From the NCBI GenBank assembly GCA_902462305.1, contig CABQBC010000001.1, positions 135,938 to 199,937 of the forward strand: a stretch of DNA of 64,000 bases, in the 5' to 3' direction. Positions 28,546-38,860 of the stretch are shown here, piece after piece (positions within the stretch are counted from its first letter, which is position 1; the number at the start of each line of letters is the position of its first letter). Below the pieces are notes generated by a model. That model was given only the letters and a program-made list of their open reading frames with translations, searched no databases and was not told the origin of the DNA. The DNA comes from an uncultured Flavobacteriales bacterium. GTDB lineage: Bacteria; Bacteroidota; Bacteroidia; Flavobacteriales; UBA1820. Position numbers and translations under genes: made by a program.

Positions 28546-29280
28546 ATGAAAAAATCAACCATCAACGTCATTATCGCGGCCATAGCGGCCATTGTGCTGG
28601 GCTGCGTACTCGTATCCGGATTTCAGGACCGCAACAAGGCCATGAATTCCATAACCGTGACAGGCATGAGCCAGAAGGATTTCACTTCGGACCTTATCGT
28701 ATGGCAAGGCAGTTACACTATACGTAATTTCAACTTGGCCGAAGGATATAAAAAACTGCACGGCGATGCCGAAACGGTAAAAAACTACCTGCTCTCACAG
28801 GGCCTGAAGCCTGAAGAATTCGTATTCTCGTCCGTTAACTTCTATAAGGACTTTTCCAATTCCTACAACCGGCAGACGGGCGAATCGACATCCGTGTTCA
28901 ACGGATATGTGCTGTCGCAAAACGTACAGATAACATCCAAAGACGTAAATAAGATAGAAGCCCTTTCCAGGGACGTGACCAGCCTTATAAACAAAGGCAT
29001 AGAATTCTCGTCCAACGCACCGGAATACTACTATACCAAACTGTCGGAACTTAAACTCGAAATGATAGCCGCCGCGAGCGATGACGGCCGCAAACGCGCC
29101 GAACAGATAGTTGAAAACGCCGGAGGCAAGATAAAAGACCTCCAGAGTGCATCGCTCGGCGTATTTCAGATAACCGCCCAGAATGCCAACGAAAACTATT
29201 CGGCCGGCGGGGCGTTCAACACGTGGTCAAAGGACAAGACCGTATCGGTGACCGTAAGGCTGAAATACCAGGTCAAATAA
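28546..29280 (+). CDS. SIMPL/DUF541-like periplasmic protein
   Basis: 244 aa with an N-terminal TM anchor or signal. The overall pattern (ITVTG...Q..Y.., C-terminal V.V.V.L.Y.V) resembles the SIMPL family. Assignment is from memory. Confidence 0.55.
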   Translation: MKKSTINVIIAAIAAIVLGCVLVSGFQDRNKAMNSITVTGMSQKDFTSDLIVWQGSYTIRNFNLAEGYKKLHGDAETVKNYLLSQGLKPEEFVFSSVNFYKDFSNSYNRQTGESTSVFNGYVLSQNVQITSKDVNKIEALSRDVTSLINKGIEFSSNAPEYYYTKLSELKLEMIAAASDDGRKRAEQIVENAGGKIKDLQSASLGVFQITAQNANENYSAGGAFNTWSKDKTVSVTVRLKYQVK

Positions 29281-29300
29281 AAATGCCGGCAACATATCTG

Positions 29301-29351
29301 CCGTCAGACAAAAAGGCGCGGGGCATTGCCCCGCGCCTTTTTGTCTGACGG
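29301..29351. terminator. long perfect hairpin acting as a bidirectional terminator
   Basis: ccgtcagacaaaaaggcgcgggg / ccccgcgcctttttgtctgacgg form 23-bp perfect arms around cattg. The A5/T5 tracts lie inside the arms. It sits between convergent genes. Confidence 0.7.
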
Positions 29352-29381
29352 CTTTTACCGAAACCGACATATTAAATAATA

Positions 29382-29879
29382 TCACTTATTTTTCACCGAA
29401 GTACAGTCTGAAGACCTGCCTGCGGCCGGAACCAGACCTGCCGTAACGATATCGTCCTGAGGCGAACGCCCGTCGGCAGTGACAGAGGTTAGAAAATCGT
29501 CTTCCCTCAAACCGGCCTTTTTTATCAGAAAAGACTTTACCACCAACGCACGCGAACGCGCCAAGCGCAGCGCTTTTTTCTCATTTCCCGACGAAGCGGT
29601 ATTCGAAGACACGCCTATTTTGAATTCACCCGATCCGATCCTGCTACGTTCGGCCTCTACCCTTTCCAACAGTGCGGACATCGAAGCGGCATTATTGCCG
29701 TAACTATCCGACAATACCCTGGAGTTCCCCTTAAATGAAAATGCATACGTGGTGAAAATTTCCGGGCGCACACCTTTCGATGACGACGACGACACCGGGC
29801 CGTTGATATGTTGAGAATGAATATCCATTGCCGAAACAATTAAAATACAAATAAATAAAAATAACGATACTTTCTTCAT
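29382..29879 (-). CDS. hypothetical secreted protein with an OmpA-C-like motif
   Basis: Signal peptide MKKVSLFLFICILIVSA. The segment NEKKALRLARSRALVVKSFLIKKAGLREDDF resembles the OmpA-like L..RA..V..YL segment. The family call is weak. Confidence 0.4.
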   Translation of the reverse strand: MKKVSLFLFICILIVSAMDIHSQHINGPVSSSSSKGVRPEIFTTYAFSFKGNSRVLSDSYGNNAASMSALLERVEAERSRIGSGEFKIGVSSNTASSGNEKKALRLARSRALVVKSFLIKKAGLREDDFLTSVTADGRSPQDDIVTAGLVPAAGRSSDCTSVKNK

Positions 29880-30082
29880 AACCGTAATGCCAATTATTTT
29901 ATAAACCTATACAACTCAAAAATTCCGGACTTTAAATATACCACTATTATTTTAAACTCCGCGGGCAGAGCTCGTTCGATATTAATATCTGTCCAATCGG
30001 GGTCACCCGGCAGGCTTGCCGTTTATTTATTACCACCCGCCTTATTACATCAAGTAGTACCGAACGGCCTATGGCAGGGATG

Positions 30083-30988
30083 TCAATCGTAAATATCGTC
30101 TTTCGCCTGAGGACAATCCTCGCACCCTACCTCCAGTTCCAGTGTCGCATGGTCTATGCCCATATCGTGAAGGACATGCTTGACTTGGTCTTTCACGCGT
30201 TTTTCATCGTCATAACCGCCCACCACTATATGGGCAGTAAGAGCATTCTGAGTAGTGCTAAGCGCCCATACGTGCATATGATGCACTCCCTTGACGCCTT
30301 TTTGACCGAGTATGGCCTCTTTCACGGCTTTCACATCCAATCCGCGCGGGACGCCGTCCAATGCCAGCACGACGCTGTCGCGCAACAGCCCCCATGTCGA
30401 AAATAGTATCACCGCCGCTACAACGATACCGATTATCGGGTCTATCACGTACCAGCCGGTATATTTTATTACGACGCCCCCCGCCAGCACCCCCACGGAC
30501 ACCAACGTATCCGCAGCCATATGCAGATAAGCCCCTTTCACGTTCAGATCCTTATCCTTGCCTTTGAAGAACAGGAACGCAGTGAAAGCATTTACCACTA
30601 TGCCCACGCCTGCGACCCAGGCCACTACACCGCCCTCCACTGGCTGTGGGGTCATCAGTTTTTCCACACTCTGCCACAGTATCACCGCCACCGCTCCCAC
30701 CAACAGCATGCCGTTTACCAATGAAACGAGTACCGTCATTTTTTTGTAACCGTAGGTGTATTTTCTCGACGGTTTTATCATCATCATACGGAAAGCCAGA
30801 AGCGCCAGCACCAGTGACACCACGTCGCTAAGGTTGTGACCGGCATCAGAAAGAAGCGCCAGAGAACCAAGGTATAACCCAGCTCCCGCCTCGACCGCCA
30901 CGAAAACGATATTCAGAGCTATGCCGAGTACGAAAGCCCTGCCGGTATTTTCGACGGAAAGATGCGCATGGTTATGATTGCCAGACAT
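30083..30988 (-). CDS. cation diffusion facilitator transporter (CzcD/ZitB-like)
   Basis: Start moved to MSGNHNHAHL. The ORF-track extension upstream translates through the repeat element. Motifs: SLALLSDAGHNLSD, HMAADTLVSVG and a C-terminal cytoplasmic domain. Confidence 0.85.
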   Translation of the reverse strand: MSGNHNHAHLSVENTGRAFVLGIALNIVFVAVEAGAGLYLGSLALLSDAGHNLSDVVSLVLALLAFRMMMIKPSRKYTYGYKKMTVLVSLVNGMLLVGAVAVILWQSVEKLMTPQPVEGGVVAWVAGVGIVVNAFTAFLFFKGKDKDLNVKGAYLHMAADTLVSVGVLAGGVVIKYTGWYVIDPIIGIVVAAVILFSTWGLLRDSVVLALDGVPRGLDVKAVKEAILGQKGVKGVHHMHVWALSTTQNALTAHIVVGGYDDEKRVKDQVKHVLHDMGIDHATLELEVGCEDCPQAKDDIYD

Positions 30989-31012
30989 GTTTTTTGCGTT
31001 TTTGTATTCAGG

Positions 31013-31020
31013 CAAATATA
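31013..31020 (-). promoter_or_regulatory. -7 box TATATTTG facing the CDF transporter gene
   Basis: Plus-strand caaatata, about 25 nt upstream of the ATG at 30988, at the gene-proximal end of the repeat copy. Confidence 0.5.
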
Positions 31021-31102
31021 GCGAAAGCCGAGAGGAAACCGAAAAAAGCCGAATGATTTTTATAGGTTTACCAAGGAGCATCATATATTGTCCAAAATAT
31101 AG
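31013..31102 (-). repeat. about 1.1 degenerate copies of the 80-bp promoter-bearing repeat
   Basis: aaatatagcgaaagccgagaggaaaccgaaaaaagccgaatgatttttataggttta aligns to the reverse complement of the 21361-21672 unit. Confidence 0.7.
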
Positions 31103-31204
31103 CCCAATTAAAAACATTCTGAAAAAAATCGGTAAAACGTTTGGATTTTTATTTGAAACGCCCGTACATTTGACAAGTACGTCAAACAATAAAGTCAATC
31201 ACAC

Positions 31205-31864
31205 ATGTCAAACGAAAAACAAGCCTCAAAATCACGCGAAAGCAATCTGCACGAGTATTCGGACATAGAGCACCGCATACTGGATGCCGCGCGGGAAGTA
31301 TTCATACGCAAAGGCTACGACAGCGCCACGATGGGCGACATAGCACTGCTGGCAGGCATGAGCCGCACATCGGTCAATTACTACTTCCGGAACAAAGAAC
31401 GCCTGTTCGAGGCTATATTCGAGGAGATAATAACCATGATACTCCCCCAATTGGTAGATATCGCAGGATCGGACGAGCCGTTTCTGGACAAGATAGACCG
31501 GATAATAACACGATACATAGACCTGTTGCTGCAAAAGCCAAACCTTCCCGTATTTTTAGCCAGGGAAATACACCGCGATCCGCATCACGTGCTTGACATA
31601 GTGCTTTCCCGCCTCCAACCCTACGACGTACCAGGAAAACTGATGCGGCAGATGGAAAAGGAAATGGAACAGGGCAATCTGAAACGTATACCGGCGGCCG
31701 ACATAACCACCACAATGATCGGCAGTATAGCTTTCCCGATGATAGCCAAAGAACTCCTCACTTGTCTTTTCTTCGACGACGACCCTGATAAATTCATCGA
31801 ATACTACAAAGGACGCCGGGAACTGACGATGGGGATATTGAGGAACCTTTTGAAACCGGAATAA
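31205..31864 (+). CDS. TetR/AcrR family transcriptional regulator
   Basis: N-terminal HTH: ILDAAREVFIRKGYDSATMGDIALLAGMSRTSVNYYFRNKERLF. Confidence 0.85.
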   Translation: MSNEKQASKSRESNLHEYSDIEHRILDAAREVFIRKGYDSATMGDIALLAGMSRTSVNYYFRNKERLFEAIFEEIITMILPQLVDIAGSDEPFLDKIDRIITRYIDLLLQKPNLPVFLAREIHRDPHHVLDIVLSRLQPYDVPGKLMRQMEKEMEQGNLKRIPAADITTTMIGSIAFPMIAKELLTCLFFDDDPDKFIEYYKGRRELTMGILRNLLKPE

Positions 31865-31883
31865 ACCCGATAATAAATACGAC

Positions 31884-33179
31884 ATGAAAAAGCAAACGTT
31901 AATACTCGCAGCAATGGCAGCCGCCGCATTCCCGGCCTCGGGGGCATTCTGCCGGGCCGGTGACACCGATACCGCAAAGACCGTCACCATAGACGAATGT
32001 TATGCCCGCGCCCGTGAAAACTATCCGGCAATACGCCGCAAAGGGCTTATAGAACTGACAAGGAACTACGACCTGTCCAACGCCTCGCGTGCCAACATAC
32101 CGCAGATGAGCATATCTGGAAAAGCAACATACCAGTCCGACGTCACCACCCTGCCGTTCGACGTACCGGGCATAGACACCCCTTCGCTAAGCCGTGACCA
32201 GTACCAGATAACGGCAGATATATCGCAGAACATATGGGACGGCGGTATCACACATGCGCAAAAAAAGACCGTCCGCGGCGAGGCCGAAGTATCGGCCCTC
32301 CAGCTGGAAACACAACTTTACGAGATACGCTCGCGCGTGAACCAGATGTATTTCGGGATACTGCTGCAAAAAGAAATGCTCGCCCAAAACGCCACCTTGC
32401 AGAAAGATCTCGCGGAAAACGTCCGCCGTATAGAGGCAATGATGGAAAACGGCACAGCCAACCGTACGGACCTCGATGCCATGAGCGTGGAACTCATCTC
32501 CGCACGGCAAAGGGAAGACGAGATAAAATCCTCCATAAAAGCATACATATCAATGCTCGGCATCATGACCGGTATGCAGATTGACGAAAGCACTGCATTT
32601 GAAATACCCGAATCGTCCGCGCTTAAACTATCGGGAGAAGTGCGCCGCACGGAACTTCAGATGTACGGCGCGCAGGAACGGCTGCTCGACACGCGTTACA
32701 AAGCGGCTTCATCGGCGGTAAAACCACGTCTGAGCCTTTTCGCACAGGGAGGTTACGGCCGTCCGGGACTCAATATGCTGGATAACGATTTTTCGGCGTT
32801 CGCCATAGCCGGGGTAAGGCTCAAATGGGACATAAGCGGATTTTACACCCTTGGCAACAACCGGCGCAAGATAGACGCACAGCGCATGGGAATACAGGCC
32901 GACCGCGATACTTTCCTGCAAAACCTATCGGTACAGATGAGTTCACAGATGCAGGAGATAAACAAATACGAAACGCTGCTCGAAACCGACAACCGTATCA
33001 TTTCCCTGCGCGCGTCCATACGCCGCGCGGCCGAAAAACGCTTTGAAAACGGAGTGATAAGCGTGACCGACCTCATCCGCGAGATAAATGCCGAGGACAT
33101 GGCCCGCCAATCGTTCAATGCCCACCGTATAAACCTCATCCGCGCCGTTTACGACTACAAATACACCACCAACAATTGA
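31884..33179 (+). CDS. TolC family outer membrane efflux protein
   Basis: 431 aa with a signal peptide and two-repeat coiled-coil composition. It is the first structural gene of the efflux operon. Confidence 0.8.
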   Translation: MKKQTLILAAMAAAAFPASGAFCRAGDTDTAKTVTIDECYARARENYPAIRRKGLIELTRNYDLSNASRANIPQMSISGKATYQSDVTTLPFDVPGIDTPSLSRDQYQITADISQNIWDGGITHAQKKTVRGEAEVSALQLETQLYEIRSRVNQMYFGILLQKEMLAQNATLQKDLAENVRRIEAMMENGTANRTDLDAMSVELISARQREDEIKSSIKAYISMLGIMTGMQIDESTAFEIPESSALKLSGEVRRTELQMYGAQERLLDTRYKAASSAVKPRLSLFAQGGYGRPGLNMLDNDFSAFAIAGVRLKWDISGFYTLGNNRRKIDAQRMGIQADRDTFLQNLSVQMSSQMQEINKYETLLETDNRIISLRASIRRAAEKRFENGVISVTDLIREINAEDMARQSFNAHRINLIRAVYDYKYTTNN

Positions 33180-33207
33180 CAAAAACGCATAAACCCCATA
33201 TAACAAA

Positions 33208-34137
33208 ATGAAAAAAACAACAGCAAACATATCTGTCCCGTTCCTGTTAATCCTGCCTGTCCTGTGGGCATGTTCCGGGGACGAAGGCGATTGGGACGCC
33301 ACCGGCTCGTTCGAAGCCACGGAAGTAACAGTCTCGTCCGAAGTATCCGGCCGGATAGAAAGCATCCATGCCGAAGAGGGCCGCATACTGGAAAAAGGGG
33401 ACTTGGCCGCAGAAATAGACACAGTACAGCTTTACCTGAAGAAAATGCAGCTCGAAAGCACATTGGAGGCCATCCGCGCCTCACGGGCCGACATCGGATT
33501 ACAGATAGCCGCCACCAGGGAACAGATCGCTCACAATGAAAACGAAGTGGCGCGCACACGCCGCCTTATCGAAGCGCAGGCAGCAAACAGCAAACAACTC
33601 GACGACCTGGCATCGAATTCGCGCGTTCTTCAAAAACAGCTCTCTGCCCAACTTTCCACACTTACAAAAAGCAACGCCGCAGCCGAAGCAAACGCAAAAA
33701 GCACAGAATACCAGATACTGCAAACAAAAGACCAAATACGCCGATGCCGCATTGAAAATCCAGTCCGCGGAACGGTACTGGTAAAATACGCCCAACAGGG
33801 CGAGCTGGCATCGCCAGGACGCGCGCTGTACAAAATAGCCGATACCGGTACCATGTACCTGCGCGCATACGTGACTGCCGACCAGCTTTCATATATAAAA
33901 GTCGGATCGCCAGCACGCGTATTTTCGGACTATGGCTCCGATGGCCGCCGTGAATACCGGGGACGCGTAAGTTGGGTATCGGACAAGGCGGAATTTACTC
34001 CCAAAGGAATCAAAACGCGTGACGAACGCTCCTCGACCGTATATGCCGTCAAAATTGAAACCCCCAACGACGGATACATAAAAATAGGCCAATGGGGCGA
34101 AGTCGTTTTCGACAAACACGACGATGGGAAGCATTAA
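33208..34137 (+). CDS. HlyD family periplasmic adaptor (membrane fusion protein)
   Basis: Lipoprotein-like N-terminus (LWACSG), a lipoyl-like hairpin (VSGRIESIHAEEGRILEKGDLAAEID), a long coiled coil and a beta-barrel C-terminus. Confidence 0.8.
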   Translation: MKKTTANISVPFLLILPVLWACSGDEGDWDATGSFEATEVTVSSEVSGRIESIHAEEGRILEKGDLAAEIDTVQLYLKKMQLESTLEAIRASRADIGLQIAATREQIAHNENEVARTRRLIEAQAANSKQLDDLASNSRVLQKQLSAQLSTLTKSNAAAEANAKSTEYQILQTKDQIRRCRIENPVRGTVLVKYAQQGELASPGRALYKIADTGTMYLRAYVTADQLSYIKVGSPARVFSDYGSDGRREYRGRVSWVSDKAEFTPKGIKTRDERSSTVYAVKIETPNDGYIKIGQWGEVVFDKHDDGKH

Positions 34138-35080
34138 GTCCGACACTCCGGCCATAAAGGCCTCATTTTTGTCCAAGTCCTACCGCACGGGCAAAGGCAG
34201 CATAGAGGCATTGCACAAGGTATCCCTTGAAGTACCGCGCGGAGCCTTGTACGGTCTGATAGGTCCTGACGGCGCAGGCAAAACCACCATGTTCCGGATA
34301 CTGGCCACACTGCTTCTCCCATCGGAAGGTTCGGCCCAAGTCCTCGGCATGGACACTGTAGGCGGTTACCGGGAAATACGCCGCAGGATAGGTTACATGC
34401 CGTCGCGTTTTTCGCTCTACGAAGACCTCACAGTAGAAGAAAACCTCGGTTTTTTCGCCAGCGTATTCAAAACTACAGTGAAAGCCAATTACGACACGAT
34501 ACGCGATATATATTCCCAGCTGGAGCCGTTTAAAACGCGCGCCGCAGGCGCGCTTTCCGGAGGCATGAAGCAAAAACTGGCGCTGTGCTGCGCACTTGTG
34601 CACAAACCTGAAGCACTCCTTCTGGACGAGCCGACCACCGGGGTGGACCCGGTATCGAGGCAGGAATTCTGGCAGATGCTCTCGCGGCTCAAAGAATCCG
34701 GGATAAGCATACTCGTATCAACTCCTTATATGGACGAAGCCGCAATGTGCGACACCGTAGCCTTTATCGACAACGGGCGGATATTGTCCGAAGACACGCC
34801 AGGAAACATCGTGGCCTCTTTCCGTCCCGCCCTGTGGAAAGTACGGGCATCGGACATGTACCGGTTGCTTACCGACCTGCGGGCATTGCCTCATATAAGG
34901 ACATGTTTCTCGTTCGGCAGCTGGCAGCACGTAACCCTTGAACCGGAGGCTGCCGTATCCCAAGACTCTCTGGAGGTATACCTGCGCGGGAAAGGGCACA
35001 CCGGCATACGGATAGAGGCCGGCACGCCTACGCTCGAGGACTGTTTTATGGAAACTATGAACAACCTGAGAAATGAATGA
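34124..35080 (+). CDS. ABC transporter ATP-binding protein
   Basis: Walker A GPDGAGKTT, signature LSGGMKQKL and Walker B LLLDEPTTGVD. Overlaps the upstream gene by 14 nt. Confidence 0.9.
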   Translation: MGSIKSDTPAIKASFLSKSYRTGKGSIEALHKVSLEVPRGALYGLIGPDGAGKTTMFRILATLLLPSEGSAQVLGMDTVGGYREIRRRIGYMPSRFSLYEDLTVEENLGFFASVFKTTVKANYDTIRDIYSQLEPFKTRAAGALSGGMKQKLALCCALVHKPEALLLDEPTTGVDPVSRQEFWQMLSRLKESGISILVSTPYMDEAAMCDTVAFIDNGRILSEDTPGNIVASFRPALWKVRASDMYRLLTDLRALPHIRTCFSFGSWQHVTLEPEAAVSQDSLEVYLRGKGHTGIRIEAGTPTLEDCFMETMNNLRNE

Positions 35081-35825
35081 CAACGATACCGCCTCGATAC
35101 GCGTCACGGGGCTTACCAAACGTTTCGGCAATTTTGCCGCCGTGGACGGCATCACTTTCGAGGTGAAACCAGGAGAAATATTCGGATTTCTGGGAGCCAA
35201 CGGAGCCGGAAAGACTACTGCCATGCGGATGCTGTGCGGACTGCTACGCCCCACCTCCGGCACAGGAACGGTAGCCGGATACGACATCTACACCCAACGC
35301 GACGACATAAAACGGAACATCGGATACATGAGCCAGAAATTCTCGCTTTACCCGAAACTGAAAGTATGGGAAAACATACGATTGTTCGGCGGAATATACG
35401 GTCTTTCGGGTGGGCTATTGAAGGAAAAAACTGACGCGATCCTCGAAGAACTCGACATGCTCGGGGAAAAAGACACGCCGGTAGAGGAGTTGCCATTGGG
35501 ATGGAAACAGAAACTCGCATTTTCCACAGCAACGCTGCACCGTCCGCAAATAGTGTTTCTGGACGAACCTACCGGCGGTGTCGACCCCGCCACCCGCCGC
35601 CGTTTCTGGGAAATGATATACCGTGCCGCGCGCAGCGGGATAACCGTATTCGCTACCACGCACTACATGGACGAGGCCGAATACTGCGACCGCGTATCGG
35701 TAATGGTGGACGGGCGGATAAAGGCCATCGGCACGCCTGCCGAACTGAAAGAAAATTCAGGCGCGCAGGATATGGCCGGAGTGTTCCACGCCATGGTACG
35801 TTCGGCCAAAAGGAAAGGCGACTGA
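35073..35825 (+). CDS. ABC transporter ATP-binding protein
   Basis: Walker A GANGAGKTT, a degenerate signature LPLGWKQKL and Walker B VFLDEPTGGVD. Overlaps the upstream gene by 8 nt. Confidence 0.9.
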   Translation: MNDNDTASIRVTGLTKRFGNFAAVDGITFEVKPGEIFGFLGANGAGKTTAMRMLCGLLRPTSGTGTVAGYDIYTQRDDIKRNIGYMSQKFSLYPKLKVWENIRLFGGIYGLSGGLLKEKTDAILEELDMLGEKDTPVEELPLGWKQKLAFSTATLHRPQIVFLDEPTGGVDPATRRRFWEMIYRAARSGITVFATTHYMDEAEYCDRVSVMVDGRIKAIGTPAELKENSGAQDMAGVFHAMVRSAKRKGD

Positions 35826-35866
35826 CAGGACCGGACCCGCGTACAAACAAAAAAAGAATAGGACAA

Positions 35867-36982
35867 ATGGGACAATTCATTCCGTTCGTAAAAAAAGAAC
35901 TGCTGCACATAATACGCGACCGCCGCACTATGGCCATGATAATAGCCATGCCGGTGATACTGATAATACTCTTCGGTTACGCCATAACCAACGAAATAAG
36001 AGAAGCCCCGGTCGCGGTAGTCGATTACTCGCACGACGGCGCCTCGCGCGAGATAATACGCCATATATCGGCCAGCGAATATTTCGACATAAAATACCTG
36101 TACAACGACGAGAGTAAAATACAAAGCGATTTCCTCTCCGGCAGAATAAAGATGGCGGTAGTATTTCCCGCCGGATTGGAAGCCGACATAGCACGCGGGC
36201 AAAACCCGCAGATAAACATTCTCTCCGACGCTTCCGACCCGAACGAAGCATCATCGCTCTCTGCGTACATAAAATCCACTGTCGCTTTCGCCCTGGCGCA
36301 GGCATACCCGCAGACGCAATCCGACGCGGCACCTGTCGCGGTCAAAACAGAACTGTCGTTGCTGTACAACCCGCAAATGAAAGGGGCGTACAACTTCGTG
36401 CCTGGAGTGATGGGACTCATACTGCTTTTGTTATGCGCCATGATGACTTCCATAGGCATCGTGAGGGAAAAGGAAAAGGGCTCGATGGAAGTGCTCCTCG
36501 TATCGCCGCTGAAACCCGTTTACATAGTCGTGGCAAAAGCCGTCCCGTACCTGGCGCTCTCGATAGTAAACGTAGTTACTATACTGCTTCTCTCGCGGTA
36601 TCTGCTCGGAGTACCTATAAGGGGAAGCGTATGGCTGGTCTTTTTTCTGGCCACGCTCTTCGCACTGGTATCGCTCGCGCTGGGCCTGCTCATTTCGTCG
36701 GTGGCCGACAACCAGGGTTCGGCAATGATGATGTCAGGCATCGGGCTGATGCTCCCCGTGATGCTCCTCTCCGGCATGGTATTCCCGGTAGAGAACATGC
36801 CGGCCGTACTGCAATGGCTTTCGAATATCGTACCTGCCAAATGGTTCATCACGGCCGTGCGCGATGTTATGATAAAAGGACTTGGCTTCAGGGCGATATC
36901 GCTTGAAATCTCCGTACTTGGCGCAATGGCCGCAGTACTTCTTATCGTGAGCGTAATGAAATTCAAAAACCGGCTGGAATGA
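35867..36982 (+). CDS. ABC-2 type transporter permease
   Basis: Start moved to MGQFIPFVKKELLHIIRDRRT, a typical ABC-2 N-terminus. The ORF-track start at 35501 lies inside the ATPase gene in another frame. Confidence 0.85.
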   Translation: MGQFIPFVKKELLHIIRDRRTMAMIIAMPVILIILFGYAITNEIREAPVAVVDYSHDGASREIIRHISASEYFDIKYLYNDESKIQSDFLSGRIKMAVVFPAGLEADIARGQNPQINILSDASDPNEASSLSAYIKSTVAFALAQAYPQTQSDAAPVAVKTELSLLYNPQMKGAYNFVPGVMGLILLLLCAMMTSIGIVREKEKGSMEVLLVSPLKPVYIVVAKAVPYLALSIVNVVTILLLSRYLLGVPIRGSVWLVFFLATLFALVSLALGLLISSVADNQGSAMMMSGIGLMLPVMLLSGMVFPVENMPAVLQWLSNIVPAKWFITAVRDVMIKGLGFRAISLEISVLGAMAAVLLIVSVMKFKNRLE

Positions 36983-38109
36983 TGCTAAAAAAGAACATGA
37001 AAACACTTAGATTCCTCCTTGAGAAAGAATTCAAGCTGATAATGCGGGACAAGTTCATGCCGAAAATCATCATCGTGCTGCCCATTGTCCAACTACTGAT
37101 ACTGCCTCTGGCCGCCAATTTCGAGATGAAGAATATAAACGTCAGCCTGGTTGACCGCGACCGTTCCGTACTTTCGCAAAAACTGGCCGAGAAAATCACA
37201 TCGTCGGGATATTTCCGCATAACAGGCTCCGATGCGGACTATGGCAAGGCAATGTCCGATATCGAATCCAACCGCAGCGACCTTATACTAGAAATACCGC
37301 AAGGTTTTGAAAAAGACATCAAAACGGAAAACGCCGCTACGGTCATGGTATCGGTAAACGCCGTCAACGGCTCGAAAGGCGGATTGGCGTCATCGTACAT
37401 GGCATCCATACTGAACGATTTTTCCGAAAGCCTGAACCCGCCCTCCGTATCCGGCGTCAGACAGGCTGGAATACGTACCGAAACGTCCTTCCTTTACAAC
37501 CCGCACCTGAGCTACAAGAACTACATGGTCCCCGGCATACTGGTATTCCTGCTCACGATAATATGTTCGGTAGTATCCGCACTGAATATCGTAGGCGAAA
37601 AGGAAAACGGCACGATAGAACAAATGAATGTGTCGCCAGTATCGAAATCCATGTTCATACTGTCCAAACTCATCCCGTTCTGGATAATAGGATTCATAGT
37701 GCTGACGATAGGCATAGCCGCCTCGTACATCGTGTACGGCATATATCCTGCGGGAAGTTTTGCGGTGATATACGCCTTCGCAGCAGTTTACATACTGGCG
37801 TTCACCGGCCTAGGGTTACTGCTTTCAAACGGAGCCGCCACTACGCAGCAAGCCATGTTCACCGCCATGTTCTTCATAATGATATTCCTGTTGCTAAGCG
37901 GACTTTTCACCCCTATCAGCAGCATGCCCCGGTGGGCGCAGTACATAACTTACCTGAACCCGGTGAGGTATTTCATAGAAGTGATGCGTATGGTATTCCT
38001 CAAGGGCAGTTCGTTTTACGACGTACTCCCCCAGTTTGCAGCGGTATGCGGTTTTGCCGTGCTGGCAAACGTCCTTGCGGTGCGCACATACCGCAAATCT
38101 GCCGGGTAA
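36979..38109 (+). CDS. ABC-2 type transporter permease
   Basis: 376 aa, a paralog of the previous permease (LEKEFKLIMRDKF with C-terminal TM bundle). Overlaps it by 4 nt. Confidence 0.85.
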   Translation: MMLKKNMKTLRFLLEKEFKLIMRDKFMPKIIIVLPIVQLLILPLAANFEMKNINVSLVDRDRSVLSQKLAEKITSSGYFRITGSDADYGKAMSDIESNRSDLILEIPQGFEKDIKTENAATVMVSVNAVNGSKGGLASSYMASILNDFSESLNPPSVSGVRQAGIRTETSFLYNPHLSYKNYMVPGILVFLLTIICSVVSALNIVGEKENGTIEQMNVSPVSKSMFILSKLIPFWIIGFIVLTIGIAASYIVYGIYPAGSFAVIYAFAAVYILAFTGLGLLLSNGAATTQQAMFTAMFFIMIFLLLSGLFTPISSMPRWAQYITYLNPVRYFIEVMRMVFLKGSSFYDVLPQFAAVCGFAVLANVLAVRTYRKSAG

Positions 38110-38188
38110 ACGACCGGTGTGTGTTTTGACATAGATTTTTTTTCAGTATATTTGAAGTCCGTTTACATACGGACTTCCTTTATTTACC

Positions 38189-38710
38189 ATGGAAACTATC
38201 TGGATAATAATAGTCCTCGCACTGCTGATAATAGCCCTTCTGGGGGCGTTCATCCCGGTTTTGCCGAGCATTACCGTAGGATGGGTGGGAATACTGATAC
38301 TGTATCTGGTCAGTGACGACGCCGTGTCCGGCAATACGATGCTATGGGTCACTCTTGCCGCCATAGGCGTCAAAGCGCTGGACATACTGCTGCCGCTTTG
38401 GGGCGTAAAAGTATTCGGCGGCACGAAAAAAGGAGTCAACGGGGCCACCGCAGGGCTGATAATAGCCACCGTTTGGGCTTTCACACCGTTCACCCTGCTC
38501 TTCCCTGGTTTTTTAGCCATAATAGTATTCCCGATAATAGGCGCATTCGCCGGTGAACTGATGGCCGAAGGCGGCAACATTCCCAAAGCGATAGGCGGTG
38601 CGGCAGGCTCACTGCTCGGCTTTTTCATGTCCGTAGGCTTCAAGTTCGCCCTTATCGTATGGTATCTCTACATCGCGATAACGCCATATCTGGAAAAGAT
38701 ATTTTCCTGA
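38189..38710 (+). CDS. DUF456-like small membrane protein
   Basis: 173 aa with four or more TM helices. The N-terminal LLGAFIPVLPSITVGWVG resembles the DUF456 motif. Confidence 0.55.
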   Translation: METIWIIIVLALLIIALLGAFIPVLPSITVGWVGILILYLVSDDAVSGNTMLWVTLAAIGVKALDILLPLWGVKVFGGTKKGVNGATAGLIIATVWAFTPFTLLFPGFLAIIVFPIIGAFAGELMAEGGNIPKAIGGAAGSLLGFFMSVGFKFALIVWYLYIAITPYLEKIFS

Positions 38711-38860
38711 CGCAATCCGCGGCACATACCTGAAACAATCGGGATATTTCGCATCCCATCCATACTGCAATATGCCTTCATTTTCCGCCGTACAAGAATA
38801 TCATAGAGTAAATTTCCCGCTTTATCACGGCACTTTGCCACAATCATGTGACATGCCCAT

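Noticed and set aside
29301-29351. A 23-bp perfect inverted repeat that might be an IS/MITE end or a protein-binding palindrome
   Set aside because: It is a single hairpin with a GC-rich core and internal A5/T5 tracts, placed exactly between two convergent stop codons. The simplest reading is a bidirectional terminator. No second copy is seen in the window.
35501-35866. N-terminal 122-aa extension of the ABC-2 permease ORF
   Set aside because: The extension lies inside the preceding ATPase gene in another frame and is Arg-rich nonsense. A canonical ABC-2 N-terminus (MGQFIPFVKKELLHIIRDRR) starts at 35867, 41 nt after the ATPase stop.
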